DNA from: Paraphysomonas bandaiensis
Taxonomy: Eukaryota; Protista; Chrysophyceae
Direction: 5' to 3'
Assembly (NCBI GenBank): GCA_965644295.1
Contig: CBFFRP010000097.1
Coordinates: 186,001 to 250,000, forward strand
Length of the DNA stretch: 64,000 nucleotides
Position 1 is the stretch's first letter. Every line of letters starts with the position of its first letter. The notes below the pieces were generated by a model. That model searched no databases, was not told the origin of the DNA, and was given only the letters and a program-made list of their open reading frames with translations. Positions 1 through 11,322 of this stretch are shown piece after piece. The translations under genes and the position numbers were made by a program.

Positions 1-1
1 T

Positions 2-1534
2 TTGATATTTACACCTCAGTCGCTGACCATGGCGATGTATGGACTCCAATGTATGGGTTCTGGCCATAAGGAGGTCGTTGATATTGTTGGAATTCTTGCT
101 TCAGGTTTCAGGCGGATGCTGAACGATCCAGATCGGAATGAACTTGATTGGAGACACGTAGCGACTGTGCTGTACGGCCTAAAAGGAATGAGTAGTGACC
201 CTCCTCAGGTCAAAGCAGTACTTGCCTCAGTGATACAGTTAATGTCACGACTTGAGAAGAGAAATCTATCTCCGGAGATAAGAGACATAGCTATGTGCCT
301 CACAGGTTTGCAATCTATGAGCACCACGTCGATAGAGGTTCGCGATTTATTTGTATCACTGGTTGGCCTGCTCAGCTCGACACAAATTACCTCAGCCTCG
401 TTGGCAACTTCAGCGTCTCTCCGCTCCCGCCCAGTGTCGCCTTGTCAATACGTTGCCATGTGCCTGCAGAGTATCGGATGCCTGTCTGAGGACGAGGAGT
501 CGTCGAGGCGTCTTCTACCGGTATTCACTCACCACCTCCTGGAATCTTATGCTCCCCCGCTCTCGGTGCCCACCATTGCCGTTAGCGTATATGCACTACG
601 TAATCTTACAGTTAGGAACTCACACGATGAGGTTGCACATTTAGCACACGCTCTTAGTTATAGGGTGAGGGAAGCGGGTCGTATTCAGAGCATTGATGGT
701 AGTAAAGGGCGAGTAGATAGTCTCAGTGTCAGGATATTGGTAATGGGACTTAAGGGACTGAGCAGTGAATTTGCGTGTGTGCGTTCTCTAGTTGATGCTG
801 TCGCAGAGCTATTAGAGAGCACGGACTATATTAAACAGAAAGACGTAGTAAGCTCGTCAATATCCATGCTTCGACTTCCATATTCTAGTGAGACTTTCAG
901 CATGCCTTCTCTTTATGGTATGCAGAATCTCGTGAGCGAGCACGAAGAAGTACGCCGCTTGATGCAGGCAGTAAATGTAGTTCTTAGGAGTGAGGATACT
1001 GTTGCATTTTCAGGAGCACAAGAAATAGCCATGATGCTGTACGGTATGAAAGGGATGTCTTCGCACCACAAAGAGACGCTAGCGTTAGTCACCACTGTTT
1101 GTGAGATGTTACGCAAAACAGGCCCTTGTCAATTCAGTGCGCAAGAAGTCGCAATGTGTTTTTACGGATTGCAGAGCATGAGCAGTGACAGTAGAGAGGT
1201 TAGGACACTTTTAGAGGCAATCACAGAAAAAATTAAACCTGATGATGAGGATATTCTTTATAGCCATAGCAACAGAAGTTGTGGAAGTGTTATGGATGCC
1301 CAGGCAATTGGAATGAGTTTATATGGTCTCCAGAATATGAGGAGTGACAACATTGAGGTTCGAAATGCACTTGTAGCGATTGCAGATAGGATTAGTGAAT
1401 CATCTAGCCACATTTGTTTATCATCGCACGAGAGGACGCTAGCCATGCGGGGATTGCAGAACTTGTCAATGGACTACGCATGTGTGAAGGAGCTCTATGA
1501 TATAGTTGACCATTTGTCGAGCTCTTCCCAATAG
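2..1534 (+). CDS. Alpha-solenoid helical-repeat protein (about 11 degenerate repeats, OPR/HPR-like), 5' end outside window
   Basis: Open frame from the window edge to TAG at 1532-1534. Recurrent motif xQ[E/A][I/V]AMxLYG[L/M][Q/K]xMSSdxxEVRxLL, e.g. AQEIAMMLYGMKGMSSHHKET, AQEVAMCFYGLQSMSSDSREVRTLL, AQAIGMSLYGLQNMRSDNIEVRNAL. Confidence 0.7.
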   Translation: MIFTPQSLTMAMYGLQCMGSGHKEVVDIVGILASGFRRMLNDPDRNELDWRHVATVLYGLKGMSSDPPQVKAVLASVIQLMSRLEKRNLSPEIRDIAMCLTGLQSMSTTSIEVRDLFVSLVGLLSSTQITSASLATSASLRSRPVSPCQYVAMCLQSIGCLSEDEESSRRLLPVFTHHLLESYAPPLSVPTIAVSVYALRNLTVRNSHDEVAHLAHALSYRVREAGRIQSIDGSKGRVDSLSVRILVMGLKGLSSEFACVRSLVDAVAELLESTDYIKQKDVVSSSISMLRLPYSSETFSMPSLYGMQNLVSEHEEVRRLMQAVNVVLRSEDTVAFSGAQEIAMMLYGMKGMSSHHKETLALVTTVCEMLRKTGPCQFSAQEVAMCFYGLQSMSSDSREVRTLLEAITEKIKPDDEDILYSHSNRSCGSVMDAQAIGMSLYGLQNMRSDNIEVRNALVAIADRISESSSHICLSSHERTLAMRGLQNLSMDYACVKELYDIVDHLSSSSQ

Positions 1535-3019
1535 AAAATATATCAATAGAAATATTTTAGGTTTAAACTATATTCACTAATTTTTAATTTCGGTTAAGTT
1601 TTGAAGGTGGATTTTTCTAGTTTCAACTGGATATGCATCCTCAGGGATGCGATATCGTAATATTTACCTCGTACGATAAATGTAAATGTGCTATATCTAT
1701 TACATATTTTGGTTGTTTGGATATACGTAGTATGTCGTATGTATGTAGGTACTAGGTATATATGACTATTGTAGTATAGCACTATGCCTTCTTAGTAAAT
1801 ATCGGAAGTCTAACCATTCAGCAAACTGCAATTGTCAATACGGAATATTTTTTTTATAGCCACACAGTTTCGCTGCCAAGACATCGCGATATTGATATAT
1901 ATTGCATTGTATTTTAAGCTAGCTGCACAAACTGACAACACAATAGAGTTGCACGAAGAAGTGTTTGTATGGCACAACCACGATCGCACCATCAAGCCAC
2001 AAAAGTCAATTAAATAGTATATTGGACTCATATATGGTCCAGTAACCTCTCAGATACAAATTACAGTAAAATAATAATTCAATACTTTGATATAAAACCT
2101 GGTGAAATTGTTTTACCAGGATTTGGTATTACCTCGATTTGGTGCTGCATCAGGATCTTCTTGCAGGGCTGCAAGATGTATTTGACTCGTAGGAATAGCA
2201 ATAATTCTAGACGATATGGGTTCATGTTTCTACGCTGCGGTGTTCTACTCCTGAAGTAGAATATTTCCAATGTTCAGGAAAGTAGTTATATTTAAATCAT
2301 GCGTTAACACTGTTTCTTTCATTGCAAAGCGTGGAGTTATGGAAATGGGACAAGAGGACATAGTTTCCCAGGAACTGTAATACACGTTAGACGTTTAGTA
2401 GTATCAAGTGTTGCATTAGCAACTTTGTACGACTAAAGAGATTCGATATGAAGCAAGCTACGGTAGTTGGAGTCATAAGTACTTAGTCAAGTTCTCCAGA
2501 TGACATCGGCGCTGTCCAAAACAAAGTAACTGTAGAATTACATGAGTGTTGCTTCATATTGTGTAGTGTTTATTTGGAGCATGTAGGATAAACTATATCT
2601 TAAAAACATTAAATTCTATATAACATAATATATCAAGTACCAGTACATGCCATTACGATTAACGGTTACTAGTTACCAGAATCTAGTTAACTTGGGGGGA
2701 TAGAACTATACTTGGATATTTAAAACAGGAGACCAAATTAATTACTTCTGAATTAAATGTAAAAATGAGCTATTTTAAACATTACTCTCGGGTTCAATGA
2801 TTCAAGCTAGTGAAATACTAGTAGTGTATAATGTATAAGCAATAAACAGGAATTACGAATGAACTGTGATATAAATGTATAAATATTTTAATCTTGCAAA
2901 AGTATTATTCTCATATAATGGATATTTAATAGCAAATTATTAAGTACTGATGAGCTAAAAGGTAGTATCATATATATTATATACCCTCCTAGCAATATCT
3001 CAATAGTTTGATACTCATA

Positions 3020-3212
3020 CCAGGGCCTGTTAAAATAAAAGCCCATTAATGGGTGTCAAATTCCCCGCATATATAATTCGTCCCATATGTAATAATATCA
3101 GTATACGGACCCTAGAGGTATGATACGGTTTAATAGAATTTAACATCCATCAATAGAATTGACAGTACATAATCGGAAAATGGTACTGTAATATATTGTT
3201 CCCTAGCCCTGG
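3020..3212. mobile_element. Short putative MITE (about 190 bp)
   Basis: Ends read ta|CCAGGGC (3018-3026) and GCCCTGG|ta (3206-3214): a short perfect inverted repeat with a possible TA duplication around AT-rich non-coding sequence. Confidence 0.35.
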
Positions 3213-4212
3213 TATATATTATATATACACAGAGATGCATTGCAGCTATTATATGAGTATCTGCCTCAGGCCTCCACATGACTGATGCATTCTTCACTGT
3301 CATACATAACAATAGAAAGGGAAATAGAAACAGAATGTATGTCTAAGGGAGGAGGATGTAGTGACTATTTTGATAAAGAGGAAAGCATCAAAACAAGACG
3401 AAATAAAGGTGTTAATTTGCAGGCATTCATTGAATGAATAAACGCTGTCCGACCAGTAGGGCGTTTTATATCACTATGTATATTGAGGGACAGGAAGAGA
3501 AGCTCTCAGTGATGTCTCGCCATATCATAGTCATCTGCTTCCGAGCAATGCCCCACCAGTACTACACTTTGACTTGTAAGCACTATCAGATATCATGAAC
3601 ACCCCCATGTGAACAAGAATCTCCTCTACACGCTGTGTACTAGTCTTAGAATAAGAGCTGAGGGTGGAGTGAGAGGGCACTAAGACACCCCTCAATATTC
3701 TGTATGCTTCATCAAGTGGAAAGTATTTCAAGTTTATTTATAATGGATGAAGAACACTGTCTGCTCACTCACTGGGCGAGCCTGCTGTGGACATAATGGA
3801 TACAGGAATCCTTCGTATAGGCCCGTATATGGTATATACAGCAGTACATGTACACCAGTACTATGTAGGCTCTCGACATCACTGTACCATATACGTACCT
3901 ATAGATCTATATCAAAGTACGATAAATCTGTTGCTGTACACCTCTGTAGAATATACGAGGGCGGAATGTATTCTATTCTGTATTTTACGGATGACGTTCT
4001 GCAGAACAGTGTGGACATTGAAGGCGACTACAGAAAGATGCACTCCGAGTGCCGCCACGTTTAGTCGAATTTTCTAAGAATGTGAGATCTAGTTTGATAC
4101 TCTCCTCATCCAGATCATAATTATTTGCAATCTGAACGCAATAGAGTGAAGTTATTCAATACAAAGTGTACTCAACGAGCCTCATAATCAAAGCGCATCT
4201 TAATAAGAAACG

Positions 4213-4506
4213 ATGGAAACTGTAAAGGATCACTACAACGCTGCAAAGGAGACTGTGTCCAATGCAGTCAACGAATACTCAGATAAGGTTGAGCAGCATA
4301 AGGACGAGAGGGAGAAGGAGGAGAGAGCCGAGGAGCTGAAGGACCAGAATCAGGAGTATATTGATAAGGCGAAGGATACTGCTCAGAGTGCTGCTGAGAC
4401 AGCGCAAAAGACAGTCGATACGATTGCAGACACGGCCGCTAAGACAGCAGCATCTGCTGAAAAGGCTATGAATTCTGATAATGATAAAGAACAGAGTGGG
4501 AAATAG
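4213..4506 (+). CDS. LEA-like hydrophilic stress protein (97 aa)
   Basis: ATG-TAG ORF rich in A/E/K/D/T, no Cys/Trp/Pro, with amphipathic segments (KAKDTAQSAAETAQKTVDTIADTAAKTAASAEKA) typical of LEA proteins. Confidence 0.65.
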   Translation: METVKDHYNAAKETVSNAVNEYSDKVEQHKDEREKEERAEELKDQNQEYIDKAKDTAQSAAETAQKTVDTIADTAAKTAASAEKAMNSDNDKEQSGK

Positions 4507-5893
4507 AATAGTGTTGAAAATATATTCGTAATCGATTCCAAGCGATTAGTCATAGTATCAACTCCAGTTATCATTGAAGTATATAACTTAAGTAACATGA
4601 CGTTTTAATGACATGTACCAGTATCTAGAATTTGTTTATATTTTAGAATGTATGCTGCTGGATGTATTACTGTTGCTTGTTGCCTACAATTACGTAATAG
4701 TTTTCCCTCCATTAGGTAAAGGCTAAAATGATTAGTATATGCTACAGGTTATTACAGTAATATCCGTGCCGAATATGACTAGCATGAACTACACGAATTT
4801 ATTCGATCTTATCAACAATTGCTCTGTCATTGATGTGTAAAGTGTGTCACCCCATCAATATAGAACTCACTGTATGCACCTTGCTTGCTTCCAATAAGTA
4901 AGCTGAGTTGTACATACTACTGAATATGTTGTACGGATTTCAGAATAAGTTGTTTTATGCCTTTGTACCATAAATATATACTATTTACATAATCACAATG
5001 ATTTATTTACTGTGCGCAATACTACTACGCACGAATGTGGTACTTTGTACTTTATTTACTGCTCTTATTGTACTGTAGCTATTCATTTTATCTATTGCCT
5101 ACTAATTTAATCACGATGACACAATCGTGCATTTAGCTTTATTAATCACGCAGCCACTTGCATTACGATGGAAGTGTTGAGTTTTGCTGTTTAAGCAATT
5201 AAAATCTGTAATTCTAAGGTGTTGGAATTATGACCGTTAGTCGAAGAATACAGTAGTGATGAGCTGTATTATGAGAAGTGATATCATGACGATGTAAAAT
5301 CGTACTAGAAATGAGTGGTAGTAGAGATAACGTGATATATCGCTTATTATATTTATTATAATCTTATCTTATCTTAACTTGATTTAATGAGTGAATACTC
5401 GTCCAGTTAACTTAGTAAATCATCCAATTGTGTCATATCTTGACAGGAAGGGCCAAGTGGTGACTAGCAGCTACGGCCAGGGCTGCGTAAAAATTAATTG
5501 AATTGTTATCGTGCTTGTAATGAGTAACTAAGTTAATTCGACAATAATTGTCACAATTAAGTTGCAGTTTATAATTGCGCGAGCACAATTCCATAACGGA
5601 ATGTCAGCAAGGTACACACAACTAATAATAATTTGATGTATTTATAAGTATATTTTTACTTCATCTATGAAATAATTTTAAAAAATTACTTCACCAGGCA
5701 AGTTTAATCACGTTTATATTTCAGCACGACAGACTTCCTAGTACACAGAAATAAACATAGGGCCCGATCTATTTTTTTTAGAAAAATGTAGTATCTTCCT
5801 TCCTTATAGTGCAGTTAGAGGCACCTCATACCGCATTCATTAATAGGGAAATCTTGAATGGCAGCGCCAGTACATTTTGCAGCACCTCTTCGT

Positions 5894-7366
5894 CTAGTGC
5901 TTTCTCTTCCGAGTACTTTTCTTGTGGTCATCCCACTCCTTTTTCATAGTTTTCTTAAACTCAACGAAGTCCATATCGGAGGCCGGGTAGAAGTGACCCA
6001 CAACCTTGTTAGCTGTATCCAGGTAGTCGAAGTACTCGTAATGCTGCTTATCTGTACCATCATACTGGTAGCACTGGATAGTAATGCAGCTGCGAGACTT
6101 GTCGTTGTTCACCAATTGGTGCGTCTGATTGAGGTCAGGCGACAGGTAGGTAACCTCGCCCTCTGTGAATTCGGTAATAGCGAAGGGTGTGTCGTGCGCG
6201 AAGGAGAGCATCGAGAAGAGTTTGACAGTGATGGTTCCGTGCAGCACGCGGATGATAGCGTTGGCGTCACTGTGGTTGTGGATCGGCGAGTAGTGCCCCA
6301 CAGGCCAGATCTCCATCACATACGGAACTCCAGGGGAGTTGCCCATGTTCTGGCCGAGGGTGATGCGGAGGTAGGTACCCAGCGGGTCGGGGGCGCCAAA
6401 CTCCGACTCCTTCCGCCGCAGTTCCTCATAGCACCACATCGTCGGCGTCTTGATGCTCCGCTCGACGGCCTCTGTGAACTCGGGGAAGTCATCCGTGTTC
6501 AACACAAATTTCTCGCCAGACACATTGCCATAGAGTTGCTGGCAGGCTGGGTTGAGGCCGGCGGGTACAGTTACAGCCGCAGTCGCTGCATCATCCATAG
6601 ACATTGCATCAGAAGGCACAATGCGCACTGGAGGCTCGATGACCACTGGGTCTCGGAACACGATTAACGATTGCACATCCTGGTTTACTTCTATGTGTTT
6701 GAGGTGGCCCACCCATGACTGGAGAGGATCTCCAGGAACATCGGCCTTGATACTGGACCTCGCCAACTCAGTACCAATTCGCATTTCACCCTTTCCGTAA
6801 CGAATATACTTGCCCGCTGAATCCAAACTAAACCAATACGCAGTGTTTAGATCCATATCAATACCCACTTCAGTGTCACAATATGTTAAATCCAGCTGCG
6901 AACGGATCCCATGAACATATTTCCACATACGAACTGTTCCCCAAAGAATTTCGATTTCGTAACTATCACTCAGCAATGATTCATCACTCGTTTCTTGGCG
7001 AAATTTAACACAGAATTCATTGTATTTCTTCAGTTTGATTGCAACTGTACCCTGTCCATGAACTGGAAATAATCCACTGGAGTGCAAATGAGAATGACGA
7101 CACTCTGCCTGTCTCAGAGCAACAAATTTTCTCTTATGCTCAATACTTCTTTGCATGAGAAACAATAATCAGTAATTAACAAGAAAATTGCAACAAAATG
7201 TGATCAAATAATTGCAACAATACCTCCTGCTGAATTGTGAGAGCGACTGGAAGATACACTGCTGTGCTGGAGTGTGTATGTGCAGGTCTTACAAGATTTT
7301 CTAGCTACTAAAAATTGTGTGATGGATGTTGAAGTTATCATCCACCAAACTGAAAAATCTTGTCAT
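5894..7366 (-). CDS. Cysteine dioxygenase-like (thiol dioxygenase) cupin with long N-terminal extension; 5' exons uncertain
   Basis: Cupin metal motif EIWPVGHYSPIHNHSDANAIIRVLHG, third His in NQTHQL, and TIQCY. Main exon is ORF 5894-~7150. A GT donor at 7223 suggests a further upstream exon; the start near 7366 is tentative. Confidence 0.7.
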
Positions 7367-7546
7367 TTTCTCTGTATACTGCTGTACTCCGCTCTTTTTT
7401 TCAGCCCATTGCACAACTGTGTACAGCAGTATCTAGAAACACCTCCACATGAATGATTGTATAGTGTGTGTGTTGTACACAGCATACAGCAGTGTATCTT
7501 ATGAAGGAAATGCAGAAACCCTCAGTATAATCCAGGTGACCCCTAT

Positions 7547-7692
7547 ATGCACCGCTTGCTGGTTTTATCTCTACTTTCCTTACCTCGAAATAGTCTCGCA
7601 TCTTCTCACGGAGGGTTCATTGCTAAAGCTATGAGTTCTTATCCAGTATTGTGCGATGAGAGTGTCATGTCTCCGGTATACAACACACGCAT

Positions 7693-7728
<36 letters not shown>

Positions 7729-8570
7729 CAGGACATTTCCTTACATATGATTATGTATGTATGCGACTATAATATTCTAGTGTATAACCACACACCGTAT
7801 CATAGTATATGACTCGTACCTTACATATGAATACGGTACTATGTTTAACGCAGAGCCTGCAGTGATTGTGTTATTATAATATTTATGAGTAAAAACGACT
7901 CATTTGTGTTTGTGTATTGTAGAAAGCTCATGGCACATGCCCCCGACCGGTGATGGACAATTTAAAGTGGGGGTGTGATTTTAAGACGGCCGATAACATA
8001 TGTTGCTTTAACCGTCACTACGCGGAGCACTCTGGTTACTTTGAATCCAAGACGTCATTTCTCTCGGAAGTCGACAGGAATGAGGAAACGACGTACTATG
8101 ATTCAGTCACAGGGAAACCTCTATTCATTGCGCCCCGCGGGAGGAACTTCGATCAATTTCTTCAGGTTGTGGTACACGATGCATCACATATATTTATCAT
8201 CGTTGCTTGTATAGGAATCACGGGCTCACGGGTGGCCAAGTTTTCGGGATGAAGAAGTAAGTTTTTTAGATACTATGATAGGATTACAACTGTTTTCTGC
8301 GATTTCGTTGGTGCAGTCCTTGAAATAATATACGGAATTATGTTTATGTTTTAGGTCGTTTGGGAAAACGTAAGGTGTTTGCCGAATGGCGAAGCTGTTA
8401 GTGTCGATGGCACACACCTTGGACACAACCTACCAGATGGAAAAGGAAACAGGTTAAGTTTCTCAATGCCGTACTGTAGTCGTTGATTCTTATGAAATTT
8501 TGCGTATAGGTATTGTATTAACTTGGTTTCTGTGGCCGGCCGACCGGAAGGAGCACATGACGAAACCTAA
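7547..8570 (+). CDS. msrB: Methionine-R-sulfoxide reductase B (MsrB/SelR)-like protein, 5 exons
   Basis: Hand-spliced exons 7547-7675, 7923-8165, 8215-8256, 8355-8452, 8510-8570 (all GT-AG) give HGWPSFRDEE, GTHLGHNLPD and RYCINLVSV, the three MsrB signature motifs. Hydrophobic N-terminus MHRLLVLSLLSL. Confidence 0.8.
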
Positions 8571-9159
8571 TGGCTACAGATGCTATTTGAAGGGTTATGT
8601 GACCTATTTTCCCACGTAGATTGGACTTGTGTATGCGTGAGCTCCAAGTTATATACAATTCGTACGTATTACGATAATAATAATTTTGACATGGTTGGGT
8701 ACTTATCGCAATGATACGCAGTCCTATATGTATGATATCTTAGTATAGAGTAAAGGCATATTCGTGTCCACGGTGTAGATAGAGTGTAGTCTGTGACATT
8801 TTACAGATTGAAGTGTAAGTCATTAATGTTAAGACCTCTGACAAAACAAGTTAATAACTTGTGGCTTGTTAGTGCGGCCTTGCAATGATATTGAATTTCA
8901 GTTAGCATGCGCCTACTACGAATATCTGCTACTACTACTACTACTACTACTACTACACACGAAAGCAGTACAGAGTAATAAGTAAAGTACTTGTAGGTTA
9001 CAGCTAGTTCGAGTATGTCTCATCACAAAACATCGTTACGTTTATACATACGAAATAAAGGATTTAGAATAAAATTAAGTAAAGTAATGAAATAGTGATT
9101 CCCTTGTATAGAATATTGAAAATATATTTATACGACTACTACCAATATACTTAAAATAT

Positions 9160-11027
9160 TCAAATTTTCGATAAGAATTCAGTTTGATAAATTAACTTGT
9201 GTAATGTCCTCATCATCTCCGCACTAACTATATAGTGAAACGAAACGCTCCTACTGGAGCAGCACTCCAGACCACGCTTCATCGAACGAGTCATTCGTCG
9301 AAACCATTCGTGCGAAGCATCGTATTCGTCTTGTGGCGGCAGCGGATGAAATATCTCACGATTATCGTAAGTACTTGTAGTAGATATAGGATACACCCCG
9401 AACTATTAACAGAAAAAAATAAGTAAAATTGCCTTCTGTAAGTACACACTGCTTCACCTGGGATAAGCACGATGCAACTAAAACGTCTTCTTGGTTGCAG
9501 TAGAGGCTCGGCATACATACATCACCACTGTCTTCACTATTTACCACTAGTGCATCGTGCAATGTAGCTACCGCCGGTCTATTTAGTACATATCCTGCCC
9601 CACCAGAATTAAATCTTATGAACGAGTTGAGCTTGAGCTCCCTGCCAATGTAAACTGGAGTTGAGCCGTTGGGCCCTAATAAAGCACACAATATTAGTAA
9701 AAAACAAATCCGCAGTACTATACCAACCTGAGGCCCTACGGATATAATCAGAAGCAAGGAAATCTCTCAGGTTTTCAACAACCACAAACATATCATCTCC
9801 TCCAAGCAGAAAGAAGTCATACTCATCGATGAGTCGAGAAGATGCCACCACAGACCATATCAATTGAGTTTTTTGCCACATTCGGCTTGAACTTTCAGTC
9901 CACTGATCCATCTTCTGTGGACTCACTCCCAACGCGCTGATTGATATATCGGTTTCTTCAGTAAACGCCAAGTATCCGTCACATCTTCTGCCCCACGTTT
10001 CTCGTATTGCTTGTATTCGTTCTCGACGAGAGAGTAGAGTGTAAGTCATACAAAGAATACGAGGGCCCACGTCGTTATTATTTGACAAAACCTCAAGGTT
10101 GGCTATCACTTCGAGACCATTTTCCCCAAAGAGTTCTCGTGCAAATGGAAGAGAAATAGGAGATTCATCAGTGGTGAATGTTTCCTTGGAGAGTCCACTT
10201 GCAACATCTGAAATCATATTCATAACTGTTTCCGTCATATTATTAGGATAAACCCGGCGCCATACACACTTAGATCTCTCTTCACATGATATACCTCTCC
10301 CGTCATCTATTCCCTGTTCACAAAACGTACAAACAGATGGTTTAAACTTATGTGTTCTATCATGTCGATAATAACCAATGTTATTTAGCACTTGTAAGAG
10401 GGAACAGTGTCTCATCGTTTCATCAGGGTCGTCCCATCGAACATTCGGAAAATTTGACTGAAATATATTACGAGAAAAGTTTACAACTAGTGGCGGATAA
10501 GGTACTATTTCTAGTACATGTTGAAATACTTTCCAGGATGGGTTGGTCAAGTTACTACCGATAAATACGATATCAGCAGCAGTGATTTGTTCCACTGCAA
10601 CATCAACCCCATTCAATACTGTAGAATTTTGCATAAGCATTGCAGCTCTTGCAGATATTGTGGAATTAATGACGGATATAGTCTTCATTATCTTTATTCC
10701 CAAATCATCATACTCTTCACCCCCACCGCTATCATCTTCACTCATAAACAGAGATGGAGTCGTTAAGATGGGCAACTGAAACTCATTTATGTATTCACAT
10801 GACTTGTTTACAATCAACGGATCACCTGTCAGGAATACAAACGAGCTGCTGCCAGCACATGGACTGCATGCAAACCTCTGCAGATACGATATATCAGAGG
10901 CTGGAATGAAGGGGTGCACCACTAAGATGTTTAATGGGCGAGAGAGGGCGTTAACGCAACATAAGAGCAGGAGGATGAGTCTCAGATGAGAGTACGAGAC
11001 ACCGGTACGATTAGAACACCCCTCCAT
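9160..11027 (-). CDS. C1GALT1: GT31 glycosyltransferase, core-1 beta-1,3-galactosyltransferase-like, with N-terminal extension; introns near 9680-9730 and 9400-9450
   Basis: RILCMTYT, AIRETWGRRCDGYLAF, GDDMFVVVENLRDFL, FNSGGAGYVL, EDVLVASCL, FHPLPP, CCSxxSVSFHYI. N-terminal hydrophobic anchor LRLILLLLCCV. Confidence 0.8.
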
Positions 11028-11322
11028 CGACACGATCTTCCACTCTCGTTTGCACAATTCACCAGGTAACAGTTAAGGAGTGAACCACTACACTGAATAC
11101 ATAGTAGTATGTACATGTAGTATGTATGTAGGTACTGTGGGTAGGTACTCCATGGTACTGTACTGATATATGGAGGTAGGTACTCCTGTAGGTACGTACT
11201 TGTGGTATATAGATCGGTCGGTATACAGGTACTGCACTGCATGTGCATGGTGTAGAATATGTGGATATGGTCAAACATCATCATGATCTTATTCTCACAC
11301 ATCCATCACTTCATAACTAAAC

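Noticed and set aside
1800-2540. Broken minus-strand frames that might be a transposase relic
   Set aside because: No diagnostic motif or termini identifiable by eye.
3531-4080. Short ORFs on both strands
   Set aside because: No coherent splice model or recognisable domain.
5858-6667. 269-aa plus-strand ORF overlapping the dioxygenase
   Set aside because: Antisense shadow of a GC-rich coding region; no motifs of its own.
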